Positions 27,473 through 36,211 of a stretch of DNA of 64,000 bases are shown one piece after another; positions within the stretch are counted from its first letter, which is position 1, and the number at the start of each line of letters is the position of its first letter. A model generated the notes under the pieces. The model was not told where the DNA came from, searched no databases, and was given only the letters and a program-made list of their open reading frames with translations. Source of the stretch: Thermoplasmata archaeon (GTDB lineage Archaea > Thermoplasmatota > Thermoplasmata > Lutacidiplasmatales > UBA184). The position numbers and the translations under genes are program-made. The stretch is from positions 785-64,784 of the forward strand of contig JAKIVX010000008.1 of the NCBI GenBank assembly GCA_022750335.1, given 5' to 3'.

Positions 27473-28453
27473 CTACGCCCGCATCGGGACGGCCTTGCGA
27501 CCGTACCGCCACTCGCCCTCCATCGGGTAGAGGCGGCGAAGTCGGGTCCCGACCGAATCGCCAATCCGCACCTCTCCGGGGCGCGCGTCGCTGACCTGGA
27601 GCGTCAGTCGGACCCCCGGCACGAGCTCCGCGAGGACGACCCCGTAGGGTCCAAGCGCTTCGACCTGGGGGTCGAATTCCGTAGGTTGTCCGCCCTTCGC
27701 GAGGACCGTGGCCGCCACCACCCGGGCGCCGTCGCGGGGCAACGTGGTCGTCGAAAGTCGGTCCGACCGGCCGCAGTACCGGCACGCACCCCGACGCGGG
27801 AAGGTACTGTGTTCGCACGCGCCGCACCGGTCCGCCTCCAGTCGCCAACGACTGGAGAGATTCTCGAGGTATCGCGCGCGGGGAACGTACGCTCCCTCCG
27901 ACACTTGCGCCGCAGGCGTTTGAGAGAAGGAGGCGGCGCGGTCGACCGCCCAGGGTGGACCCGCCTCGGGACCGACCCGTTTCGGTACGGCGCCCGCTCG
28001 GGTCAGAACGTCGCCCGCGAGCGCCGCTGCCCCTTCGATACCGATGACGGACGTCCACTCGGGGGGGTGCGGGGCGGGGTTCGGACCAAATTCGAGCGCC
28101 GCCGCCCGTGGCCCCTGCGGGCCCCCCAGGTCGACCGCGAGGACGAGGTACGGGAGATCCCCTTCGGCGGAGGCCGCTTCCTGTAGCGCACTGAGGAGCC
28201 CGGGGGCTCCGCCCGCGTGCCGCGAGATTTCCACGGGACGACCGAGATACTCCGGGAGCGCCCACTCCAGGAGCGTTGGGAAATCTCCGACGAGATGGAC
28301 CCGCGGAGTGAGCGGTGGTTCCGACCGGCCCGGTAGCGCCTCGATGGCGCCGACCGCCATGGTGAAGGCGTCCTCGTCCGGTCCGAGGGTTGGCCCTCCC
28401 TCCCATGTGAACGGAGGACGGTAGATTGCGCCGCGCTCGAATCCTATCGTCAT
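27473..28453 (-). CDS. DUF35 (Zn-ribbon + OB-fold) thiolase-partner protein fused to a degenerate HMG-CoA-synthase-like N-terminal domain
   Basis: ATG 28453 lies 1 nt after the thiolase stop. The C-terminal half has CGACEHSTFPRRGACRYCGR plus an OB-like YGVVLAEL...IGDSVGTRL. The N-terminal half has GPDEDAFTMAVGAIEAL and LVLAVDLGG...AAALEFG, paralleling HMGCS. Confidence 0.75.
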   Translation of the reverse strand: MTIGFERGAIYRPPFTWEGGPTLGPDEDAFTMAVGAIEALPGRSEPPLTPRVHLVGDFPTLLEWALPEYLGRPVEISRHAGGAPGLLSALQEAASAEGDLPYLVLAVDLGGPQGPRAAALEFGPNPAPHPPEWTSVIGIEGAAALAGDVLTRAGAVPKRVGPEAGPPWAVDRAASFSQTPAAQVSEGAYVPRARYLENLSSRWRLEADRCGACEHSTFPRRGACRYCGRSDRLSTTTLPRDGARVVAATVLAKGGQPTEFDPQVEALGPYGVVLAELVPGVRLTLQVSDARPGEVRIGDSVGTRLRRLYPMEGEWRYGRKAVPMRA

Positions 28454-28454
28454 G

Positions 28455-29618
28455 TTACCCCCGGGAGAAGATCGAGACGGCCGCTGTCGCACCCGCTCCG
28501 CCGACATTGTGCGCGAGGGCCACTTCCGCCCCGGCCACTTGCCGCGCGCCGGCCTCGGCGCGGAGCTGGAGGAAGATCTCGTAGGCTTGGCTGACGCCCG
28601 TCGCCCCGATCGGATGGCCCTTGGACTTGAGCCCCCCGTCCGGATTCACGGGCAGGCGACCTGTAGCACGCGTCGCTCCGCTCAGGGTGAGGTCGACGGC
28701 GCCCCCCGGTTCCACAAACCCTAGGTCCTCGAGCGCCAGCAGTTCGGCGATCGTGAAGCAGTCGTGGACCTCGAGGAAATTGACCCGGGACGACTCGATC
28801 CCCGCGTCGCGGAAGGCCTGGCGCCCGGCCGAGCGGGTCGCTTCGAACCGGGTGAGCTCCGGTCGCTCCTGCACGGCGAGCCGGTCCGAACTGGCGCCCA
28901 GGCCGTCCACGAAAACTGGGGTGTCGGTGTACCGATGGGCGCGGTCGGCGGGGGCGAGCAGGAGGGCTGCCGCGCCGTCGCTCACGGGACAGCAATCGTA
29001 GAGTCCGAGGGGGTCCGCCACCCGAGGTGCCTCCAACACCGCCTCGCGGCTGACGAGCTTCTGGAAGTGGGCGTTGGGGTTGCGCGTCCCGTTCTCGTGG
29101 TTCTTCGAGGCAACTTCGGCGAGCGCTTCCCGCGCGCGGGGATAGCGCGCAACGTACTCCGAGGCGATCAAGCCGTACACTCCGGCGAACGTGAGACCCG
29201 CGAGGCGTTCCCACTCCGTGTCCCCTGAAACCCCGAGCCAGTACCGCCGACGGGCGCTCCCGACGTCCGTCATCTTCTCGAGGCCCGCGACGAGGACGAG
29301 GTCGACGTCCCCCCGTTCCACGGCGCGCACCCCCGCCCGAAGCGCGAATCCGCCTGACGCGCAGGCGTTCTCGACCCGGGTCGTCGGGAGGCCGACGCTC
29401 GTGGCTTCTTCGAGCAGCACCGCCGCGGAATTTCCGATCTGCCATCCCCCGAACCCCAGGGTCGCGAGGAATGCCTCGCCCAGTTCGTTCCGCCCTCCTC
29501 CGTGGTCCAGGCTCGCAAAGGCCCCGTCCACCGCGGTGCGGAGCAACGTCCGGGGTCCCGCCTCCAGGACGCCGAACCGGGTGTGACCGGCGCCCACAAT
29601 CGCCGCTCGATGTGCCAC
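28455..29618 (-). CDS. Thiolase (acetyl-CoA acetyltransferase, archaeal type)
   Basis: AIVGAGHTRFG, VENACASGG (active-site Cys) and HNVGGAG near the C-terminus. GTG 29618 is preferred because TATA-like CTTATC and CTTAAC elements lie inside the longer 29777 version. Confidence 0.85.
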   Translation of the reverse strand: MAHRAAIVGAGHTRFGVLEAGPRTLLRTAVDGAFASLDHGGGRNELGEAFLATLGFGGWQIGNSAAVLLEEATSVGLPTTRVENACASGGFALRAGVRAVERGDVDLVLVAGLEKMTDVGSARRRYWLGVSGDTEWERLAGLTFAGVYGLIASEYVARYPRAREALAEVASKNHENGTRNPNAHFQKLVSREAVLEAPRVADPLGLYDCCPVSDGAAALLLAPADRAHRYTDTPVFVDGLGASSDRLAVQERPELTRFEATRSAGRQAFRDAGIESSRVNFLEVHDCFTIAELLALEDLGFVEPGGAVDLTLSGATRATGRLPVNPDGGLKSKGHPIGATGVSQAYEIFLQLRAEAGARQVAGAEVALAHNVGGAGATAAVSIFSRG

Positions 29619-29682
29619 TTCGTCCCACCCGAGAATCGTCTTATCGACTGAGTCCCTCGAGCCTCTTAACTCCGGGGCATCC

Positions 29683-30258
29683 TTGGGCGAAGAAGCACCG
29701 ATCGTCGTGGGCGTCTCGGGCGCCAGCGGCGCTCCGATCGCCGTGCAGGTCCTGAAGGCGTTGGCGGCCGCCCACACCCCGGTGGCGCTCGTCGTCTCCG
29801 CGGGCGCGGTCGCGTTGCTGCGCGAAGAGTGCGGACTCGCGCCGGAGGCGTTGACCTCGTATGCGAGGGAGGTCTACTCCGACACCGACCTCGCCGCACC
29901 GATCGCGAGCGGCTCCCGGCCCACCCGAGGGATGGTCGTCGTTCCTTGCTCCGGCACGACGGCGGCGAAGATCGCGCTTGGCCTCGGGGACACCCTCCTC
30001 ACTCGGGCCGCCCAGGTCCACCTCAAGGAGAGGCGACGGCTCGTCGTGGTCCCGCGGGAGACGCCGCTGCCGACGACCCTGCTCCGCCATCTCACCACGC
30101 TCAGCGAGCTCGGCGTCGTCGTGCTGGACGCCGCCCCTCCCTACTACCTCCACCCCCGCACGGTGGACGACCAGACGTCGTACCTGGCGGGGAAGGTCCT
30201 CGACCAGTTCGGCGTCTCCCACCAATTGTACCGGGGTTGGAAGTCGGAGGGGGCGTGA
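29683..30258 (+). CDS. ubiX: Flavin prenyltransferase UbiX
   Basis: IVVGVSGASGAPIAV..., VVVPCSGTTAAKIALG and RRLVVVPRETPL; 191 aa. Confidence 0.9.
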   Translation: MGEEAPIVVGVSGASGAPIAVQVLKALAAAHTPVALVVSAGAVALLREECGLAPEALTSYAREVYSDTDLAAPIASGSRPTRGMVVVPCSGTTAAKIALGLGDTLLTRAAQVHLKERRRLVVVPRETPLPTTLLRHLTTLSELGVVVLDAAPPYYLHPRTVDDQTSYLAGKVLDQFGVSHQLYRGWKSEGA

Positions 30259-30833
30259 ACCGGCGACAGTCGCTGAACCGGTACTTCCCGGCGCCGCTCG
30301 TCGCCACCACGCTCCTCTTAGTCCTCCTCATCCTGCTCACTCCGGTGCTCGTGCCCGACGGACAGCCGGCGGCCGGTACGATCTTCACGCAGGCGGAGCT
30401 GACGGTCGATACCACCGGTTCCTCCAACGTCACGACCTTCTACCTCCACTCCCCGGAGTCGAACGTACGGTACGCCCAGATCGAGGTCTTCGCGGCGTCC
30501 GGGTTCAACTGGAGCGGCGGGTTCCCGAGCTCGCGGCTGAACTGGACCGGGCTCGTCGACCAGTCCGACCTGGTCGCCTTCCAGTTCGCTTCGACTTCGA
30601 ACCCCATCGCGCTGAACATCACGATCCTCTACTCGACCTCGGGAAGCCGGGCATACTACGTCGGGGAGTTCGCCTTTTTCGTGGGAACCGTGTCCGGCTC
30701 CTCGACCCTCTACCTGTTCTCGGCGTCCCCGACCCCGGGCACCAGCCTAAGTCCGGGGCTCAATCAGGTGCCGGTCTCGGACCTGCCCGAATACGGGGTG
30801 ATCGACCTCTCGGACGTGGGAGGACAGCCATGA
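30255..30833 (+). CDS. N-terminally anchored extracytoplasmic protein with NxS/T sequons, function unknown
   Basis: GTG 30255 overlaps the ubiX stop (GTGA) and follows GGAGGGGG. It has one N-terminal TM (LVATTLLLVLLILLTPVLV) and then a beta-rich segment with NVT, NWS, NWT and NIT. Confidence 0.6.
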   Translation: MNRRQSLNRYFPAPLVATTLLLVLLILLTPVLVPDGQPAAGTIFTQAELTVDTTGSSNVTTFYLHSPESNVRYAQIEVFAASGFNWSGGFPSSRLNWTGLVDQSDLVAFQFASTSNPIALNITILYSTSGSRAYYVGEFAFFVGTVSGSSTLYLFSASPTPGTSLSPGLNQVPVSDLPEYGVIDLSDVGGQP

Positions 30834-31180
30834 GACCCTCCCGGGTCGTCCTCGTCGGCTGGGCGCTGCTCATCACGGCGCTCCTTGTGGTGGAACTCGC
30901 GGAGATCACGCATTTCTTCACGCTCCCGGTCCAATCCGCGTTCACCGACCCGCTCGCCCTCGTGTTCGCCCTCGTCTTCACCACGATCCTCGCGCTCGTC
31001 GGCGCGGTGTTCATCGGGATGTACGCCTCGGCCCGGATCCTCAACCCCACCGGATTCACCCCGTTCGAGGAGGAGATGCTTCAGATGCGCTCCGACGTGC
31101 GGGAGCTGAAGGCGGCCGTCAACGAGCTGCACGCGGAGGGCGGGAAGGTCCCACCCTCGCCGCCGCAGGGGGAGGCGTGA
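30830..31180 (+). CDS. 2-TM membrane protein with cytoplasmic coiled-coil and Pro-rich C-terminus, function unknown
   Basis: ATG 30830 overlaps the upstream stop (ATGA) and follows GGGAGGA. 116 aa, ending ...GGKVPPSPPQGEA. Confidence 0.6.
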   Translation: MRPSRVVLVGWALLITALLVVELAEITHFFTLPVQSAFTDPLALVFALVFTTILALVGAVFIGMYASARILNPTGFTPFEEEMLQMRSDVRELKAAVNELHAEGGKVPPSPPQGEA

Positions 31181-31740
31181 AAGTTCGAGTCATCGACAAC
31201 GGAGGCCAATGGACGCACCGGGAATGGCGGGTCCTCCGGGACCTCGGGGCGGACACGACCATCCTGCCGAACACGACCCCCGTCGCGGCCCTCGATGCCG
31301 ACGCGATCGTCCTCTCGGGCGGGGCGTTGAGCCTCGAAGGGACCGAGTCGCCGCTCGGAGAGGTCGCCGGCTGGATCGACACGATCGACGTGCCCGTGCT
31401 CGGGATCTGCGTCGGTCACCAGTTCCTTGGTCGGCACTTTGGAGGACGCGTCGTGCGCGGCGACCCCGAATTCGGAGCGGTCGAACTGACGGTCGACCGG
31501 CCGGAACACCCGCTGTTCGCGGGCCTGCCGGACCATCTTCGGGCTTGGGCGAACCACAACGACCACGTCCTCGTCGCTCCCCCGGGCTGGGCGACGCTCG
31601 CCCACTCCCCCTCGTGCCCTGTCCAGGCCATGGCCCACCCGACCCGGCCCATCTGGGGCGTACAGTTCCACCCCGAGGTGGAACACACGGAGGGCGGGCG
31701 CGACATCTTCCGCCACTTCCTGGACCAGGTGCGTCGGTAG
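31177..31740 (+). CDS. guaA: GMP synthase, glutamine amidotransferase subunit
   Basis: GTG 31177 overlaps the upstream stop (GTGA). MKVRVIDNGGQWTHREWR, GICVGHQ (catalytic Cys) and VQFHPEVEHT. Confidence 0.9.
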   Translation: MKVRVIDNGGQWTHREWRVLRDLGADTTILPNTTPVAALDADAIVLSGGALSLEGTESPLGEVAGWIDTIDVPVLGICVGHQFLGRHFGGRVVRGDPEFGAVELTVDRPEHPLFAGLPDHLRAWANHNDHVLVAPPGWATLAHSPSCPVQAMAHPTRPIWGVQFHPEVEHTEGGRDIFRHFLDQVRR

Positions 31741-31794
31741 CACACGGGGCCGCACGGAATTATGTAGGGCCCTCCGCTCCCCGGCCGAGGGATC

Positions 31795-33351
31795 GTGGCT
31801 CGCCTGCATCGCGCGTCGGGAATTCGGGAGAAGGACCTGGTCGTCCGGGCCCGCGCCCTGCGCGAGTCGGTCGACCCGTTGCTTCCCCGCCTCTCCGGAG
31901 ACGCGCCCAAGGACCGGTTCGACCGTCTGCGGGCGGACCTCGAAGAGATCCGGGCGGAGCGCGACGACGTCGACCGCCTCGAAAAGCTCGCGAAACGGGG
32001 CGACTCCCTGCCCCGAGCCTACGCCGGGCTGCTCCGGTACTATCTCGAACCGAAGAACCCGACCGTGGTGAGTTTCCCGCTCCCGGGCGGCGAGGTTTCC
32101 TATGCGGCCCTGTCGCGCGGGAGCCGGGAGGCCGAGGTCGCTGTTCAGCAGTCCGACGACCCCGCTCGGGTGATGCTCGCGTACGTCGAGTGGGCCCGCA
32201 AAGGGCTCCACTTCTTCGCGACCCGGCGCGTACTCTGGTGTACGGGCCGCTCCGCGGAACCTCCCGCGGAGTTCGTCAATGAGAAGATCTCGGACCTCCC
32301 GTACCGTCTCGTTCCCGACCCGGCGGGGCATCGCCTCGTCTGCATCCATCTCTCGGCGGGCGAGCCCCGCATGTACCTCGAGGTCGACTGGCCCGGAGCC
32401 CACCGGTCGTTCCGGGTCTGCCGTCGGTGCGCGAAGGACGACCGCCACCTGCTCTCCCACCTCTCCGAGGGCGCCGCGAGCCCGGACCCGACTGAGGCGT
32501 TCCCGATCGACGCCCGACTGAACGTCCGGTGCGAGGGGGGTCCCGAGTGCGTCCACGCGCGGGTCCCGCAGCTGCCGAAGCGACTGCGTCAGAACTACGA
32601 GTACGGGAAACTGTCGGACGCGGCGCTCCTGGACGCCTACCGGGACGAGGTCCGCCCTGCGATCGAAGCGACCCGGCGGACCACCTTCGTCGCCGGTGGG
32701 GTGTGCTACGGCAGCCGGCTGCCCGCGTTCCTGGATGCCCTGCACCCGACCCCCGTGGAGCGACGCGCGCTCGAGGGTGTCCTCGGCCAGGTCACCGGGT
32801 ATTTCGAGATCGATGAGCCCGCCGCGAGCCGGGCCCTGGAACGGCTGTGGCCGCAGCACGCGGAGGAGATCCTCGCAGCGATCACCGACGACCAGGCGGA
32901 GGCCCGACGGGCCCTCCAGGAAGCGCGCGACGCTCCCGGCCGAATCGCGGAGATCCTGAAGCGGGCCCAGAAGCGAGGCGAGGAGCGCGAGGTGTTGGAG
33001 GCCTTGCCCCGCTACGACCGCCTGACGTCGGAGGCCGCCTGGGTCGACCGGATCGCTCGCACCTACCGTACCCAGCGCGAGGCCGGCGCTGAGCGGGGGA
33101 TCCTCCAGACGCTCCCCCGGGAAGGGAAGGAACGGGGGATTGCGTTCGCCTTCCTACTTGCCTTCGGTCGCGCCTCGGCGCACGGTTGGCAATTCACCCC
33201 GACGGAACAGGAGTTCGGCCAATCCTTGATCGGGCCAGTGCGCGCGCTCCTCGAAGCCCCGGCGTCTGGCTACCACGACGCCTTGGACGCGCTCCTGCGG
33301 GCCGCCGGAGTGGCGGATTGGGGCTCTCGGGGAGAACCCCGACCCACCTGA
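31795..33351 (+). CDS. Large hypothetical protein (518 aa), function unknown
   Basis: Balanced composition with GC3-rich codons. Cys/His clusters are FRVCRRCAKDDRHLLSHL and VRCEGGPECVH, followed by a helical C-terminal half. I recognise no family. Confidence 0.65.
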   Translation: MARLHRASGIREKDLVVRARALRESVDPLLPRLSGDAPKDRFDRLRADLEEIRAERDDVDRLEKLAKRGDSLPRAYAGLLRYYLEPKNPTVVSFPLPGGEVSYAALSRGSREAEVAVQQSDDPARVMLAYVEWARKGLHFFATRRVLWCTGRSAEPPAEFVNEKISDLPYRLVPDPAGHRLVCIHLSAGEPRMYLEVDWPGAHRSFRVCRRCAKDDRHLLSHLSEGAASPDPTEAFPIDARLNVRCEGGPECVHARVPQLPKRLRQNYEYGKLSDAALLDAYRDEVRPAIEATRRTTFVAGGVCYGSRLPAFLDALHPTPVERRALEGVLGQVTGYFEIDEPAASRALERLWPQHAEEILAAITDDQAEARRALQEARDAPGRIAEILKRAQKRGEEREVLEALPRYDRLTSEAAWVDRIARTYRTQREAGAERGILQTLPREGKERGIAFAFLLAFGRASAHGWQFTPTEQEFGQSLIGPVRALLEAPASGYHDALDALLRAAGVADWGSRGEPRPT

Positions 33352-33367
33352 CCGCGCGCCGCACACC

Positions 33368-33856
33368 GTGCCGCCCGGGACAAAGAGCTTAGAACTCCTA
33401 CAACGGTTATTTGGGGGAGGCAATGCCTCCGATGGCGGATCGGGACCGCCGAGCGGGAGCCGGGATACGAGTACCTCGTCTACGACCATCACGAACGCCC
33501 TCGTCGTCGCGGGCGACGAGGAGACGCGCGTGCTCCTGCGCGGCCTGTTGCGCCTGCATCACTGCCGGGTGGACGGGGAAGCGGACGGGGTCACCCAGGC
33601 CCTCGAACTCCTGAACCACCATTCGCCGACCCTCCTCGTAGTGGACGTGAATCTGGCGGAGGGGAGCCCGCACCACCTCCTCCGCGAAGCCAAACGCCTC
33701 TTCCCTCAGTTGCGTACGATCCTGGTCGCGCCGGCCTCCCGTCCCCCCCCGGTCGACGCGTCCACTCCCACTCCCGACGTCGTTCTCCTGCGACCCTTCC
33801 GGATCCGACAGTTCGCGGAGGCGCTCCGTCCGCCCGCCCCGGGAGCGAGCCCCTAG
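33368..33856 (+). CDS. Stand-alone response-regulator receiver (CheY-like) domain protein
   Basis: ALVVAGDEETRVLL...TLLVVDVNLAEGSPHHLLREAKRLFPQLRTILVAP fits the receiver fold with a DVNL phospho-acceptor. The Ser/Thr-rich N-terminus and the GTG start are uncertain. Confidence 0.7.
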   Translation: MPPGTKSLELLQRLFGGGNASDGGSGPPSGSRDTSTSSTTITNALVVAGDEETRVLLRGLLRLHHCRVDGEADGVTQALELLNHHSPTLLVVDVNLAEGSPHHLLREAKRLFPQLRTILVAPASRPPPVDASTPTPDVVLLRPFRIRQFAEALRPPAPGASP

Positions 33857-34626
33857 CGTCGGTCGATCCGGAAGCGTTCGAGCGCCGCCGCTTCCTCGAA
33901 ATGGAGGTCGGCCGGGACCACGATCGCCTGGAGAGGCTCCCCGAAATCCAGCTCCGCGAGCCGCTCCACCGGTCCGAACCAGCCCGCCGCGTCGTCGCGC
34001 CCAACCCGCGCCACGACCGCCACCGGCAGGCCGTCGGCGAATACGACGCCCTCGGGGTCCCGCTCCCGGAGGATCCGCAGGGCCTCCGACGCGCGCAGGA
34101 AGCGTCCCTCCTCCGGGCGGAGGTCCAACAGGACGAGGGTGTGGAGTCCGGAGGAGCGGTTGGCGCCGACTTGCTCGACCGGCGATCGAGGAGCGAAGCC
34201 GGGCGAGGGGAACGGCACGGAAACGGTTCGCCCGAACCGATAGTGCATCAGGCCGAGGAAGCTCGCGGCCGCCGTGAGTATGCTCGCGTTGGGATAGTAC
34301 GTCCAGGTGTGTCCGTGGGCTTCCGCTGCGAGGCGCAGCGCGACGTGGGTGGTCGCGGCGAACGGGTCCCCGACGACCAGGAGGGAGACCCGGGAATGGG
34401 CGGCGAGCGCCTCGAGGAGCGGGCGTTCCGACTCGAGGAGCGGGCGGTCGAGGAGCTCGACCGGTCGCCCGATCTCCTTCGCCAGACGCTCGAGGGTGCC
34501 GGGGGGAGCCACGGCCGTGTACTCTTCGGCGAAGACGCGGTCGGCCGCGCGGAGAACGTCCATCTGGCGCGGGGAGAGGCCGCGCTCATCGCCCAGTCCG
34601 AGGCCTACGAACGCGAGCTCGCCCAT
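33853..34626 (-). CDS. dphB: Diphthine synthase
   Basis: LAFVGLGLGDERGLS..., LLVVGDPFAATTH, and tetrapyrrole-methylase-like length (257 aa). Confidence 0.9.
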   Translation of the reverse strand: MGELAFVGLGLGDERGLSPRQMDVLRAADRVFAEEYTAVAPPGTLERLAKEIGRPVELLDRPLLESERPLLEALAAHSRVSLLVVGDPFAATTHVALRLAAEAHGHTWTYYPNASILTAAASFLGLMHYRFGRTVSVPFPSPGFAPRSPVEQVGANRSSGLHTLVLLDLRPEEGRFLRASEALRILRERDPEGVVFADGLPVAVVARVGRDDAAGWFGPVERLAELDFGEPLQAIVVPADLHFEEAAALERFRIDRR

Positions 34627-34639
34627 CGCCCCCTCGGGC

Positions 34640-35449
34640 TCAGACCCGGATGGCGACGACGGGGCAGGGGGCCCCCCGGAACAGCTCCTCCAGGAAGCGA
34701 CGCGTGAGCCACGGGCCCGAGGCGCCCTCCTCCTCGCCTACCACGAGCAGGAGCCCGTACCGTTCCCGCTGGGCCGCCTGGAGGAGCAGGTCGGGGAGCC
34801 GACGTCGTCGGCCCAGCATCGCTTCCGGGAAGGAGGATCTCTTGTGAATGATCGGGACGCCCCGCGGGCTCTGTTCTTCCCGCGGGTTCGCGTCGGCCCC
34901 TTCGCTCCCCCGGGACCCGAGGTCGAGCGTGATGACCGGAACGCCGCCCCGCCGGATCGAGATCTCCTCCGCGACTCGGAGCGCCTTCGGGGTCGCCGAG
35001 GGCTGCAGGGTCGGGACGAGTACGCGGGGGATGTGGTCGGCCGCGAGCGCGAGCCGGTTCACGATGAGGACGTCCGCGCTCGCGTGATGGAGGATGCCGC
35101 TCGCGGTGTGCCCGACGAACGGGTTGTGGCTCCGTCGGTTCCCCTGCAGGGTGAGCACGATCGCCTCCACGCCCTCGTTCTCGGCGCACTCGAGGATCTC
35201 CGCCGGCACGTCGGTCGCGGCGCGGACCTCGGGCTCGACTTTCACGTCGAGCGCGGCACCCGCCTCGTGCGCGGGGATGACGATGTTCACGCTGGCCCGC
35301 CACTCCCGGGCGACCTCGGGGAGCGTCGTCGTCGGGATGATGTGGAGGATCCGGATCTCGCCGTCCGTGTCGAGCAGGCTCGACGCGAACCGGATCATCG
35401 GTTCGACCTCGCTCGGTTCCTTGACGGGGACGAGGATGCGCTTGTACAC
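34640..35449 (-). CDS. Tandem universal stress protein (KdpQ-like position downstream of kdpC)
   Basis: Two USP halves (MYKRILVPV... and ...RVLVPT...). It lies 3 nt after kdpC on the same strand. Confidence 0.85.
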   Translation of the reverse strand: MYKRILVPVKEPSEVEPMIRFASSLLDTDGEIRILHIIPTTTLPEVAREWRASVNIVIPAHEAGAALDVKVEPEVRAATDVPAEILECAENEGVEAIVLTLQGNRRSHNPFVGHTASGILHHASADVLIVNRLALAADHIPRVLVPTLQPSATPKALRVAEEISIRRGGVPVITLDLGSRGSEGADANPREEQSPRGVPIIHKRSSFPEAMLGRRRRLPDLLLQAAQRERYGLLLVVGEEEGASGPWLTRRFLEELFRGAPCPVVAIRV

Positions 35450-35452
35450 GGG

Positions 35453-36211
35453 TCACCGTCCTTCGAGCGGCAAGAGCGCGAGGTCGAGACGGAGCACGTC
35501 GACGTACGCGACGCCGACGTACGGGAGGATCGACGTCTGGATGTGCGCGTTCACGAACGACGTCAGGAACGAGATCGAGAGGTTCGACGCCTCGCTGACC
35601 CGCGGGATCTGGACCAGGATCGATTCCGGCGTCAGGTCCGGGTCGATCGAGGAGGCCGACGGGCCCACGAACCAAAACGGAATGGAGGCGTTCACGGTAA
35701 AGTTCCCATACTCCCGCGTGTAGTTGAGCGTCTCGTTCAATAGCTGTGCGAGCGCCGGATCGGTCGGACCCGGGGGCGTGTCCGCCCCGAGCGTGGTGTT
35801 GTAGTCCGTGAGCGACGGACGCGACCAGAACAGGTACGGAGCGCTCGTGTTCTGGGCGATGAGGGCGGAGCCGGCGACGGTACCGTTCGGATAATGGAGC
35901 AGGGAGCCGTTCGCGGTCTCGGGCTCCAGCACCTGGGCGACAGCGGTCACGAACGCAGGGTAGGCAAATCCGGAGACGAGGAGGGTCAGCACGAGCAGGA
36001 GCGCGGTCGCCCGAAGGTGGGTGGCGAGGCTGTGGGCTCGGGGGACCCGACGCCGTCCGACCGCTCCGGTGGACGGTGGAGCGGCGGTCGAGACGACGGG
36101 GGGGTTCAGGGGCGTCGGTCCCCCTTCCGAACCGGGGGCGGGGATCGGGAGGGGGATCTCGGGAGGCGTCTCCGGGAGCGCCTCCGAGGGCGTCGCGGGA
36201 GTACCGCTCAT
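35453..36211 (-). CDS. kdpC: K+-transporting ATPase subunit C with Pro-rich N-terminal extension
   Basis: ATG 36211 overlaps the kdpB stop (ATGA). A single TM (ALLLVLTLLVSGFAYPAFV) is followed by the KdpC body. No alternative in-frame start exists before the TM. Confidence 0.85.
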   Translation of the reverse strand: MSGTPATPSEALPETPPEIPLPIPAPGSEGGPTPLNPPVVSTAAPPSTGAVGRRRVPRAHSLATHLRATALLLVLTLLVSGFAYPAFVTAVAQVLEPETANGSLLHYPNGTVAGSALIAQNTSAPYLFWSRPSLTDYNTTLGADTPPGPTDPALAQLLNETLNYTREYGNFTVNASIPFWFVGPSASSIDPDLTPESILVQIPRVSEASNLSISFLTSFVNAHIQTSILPYVGVAYVDVLRLDLALLPLEGR

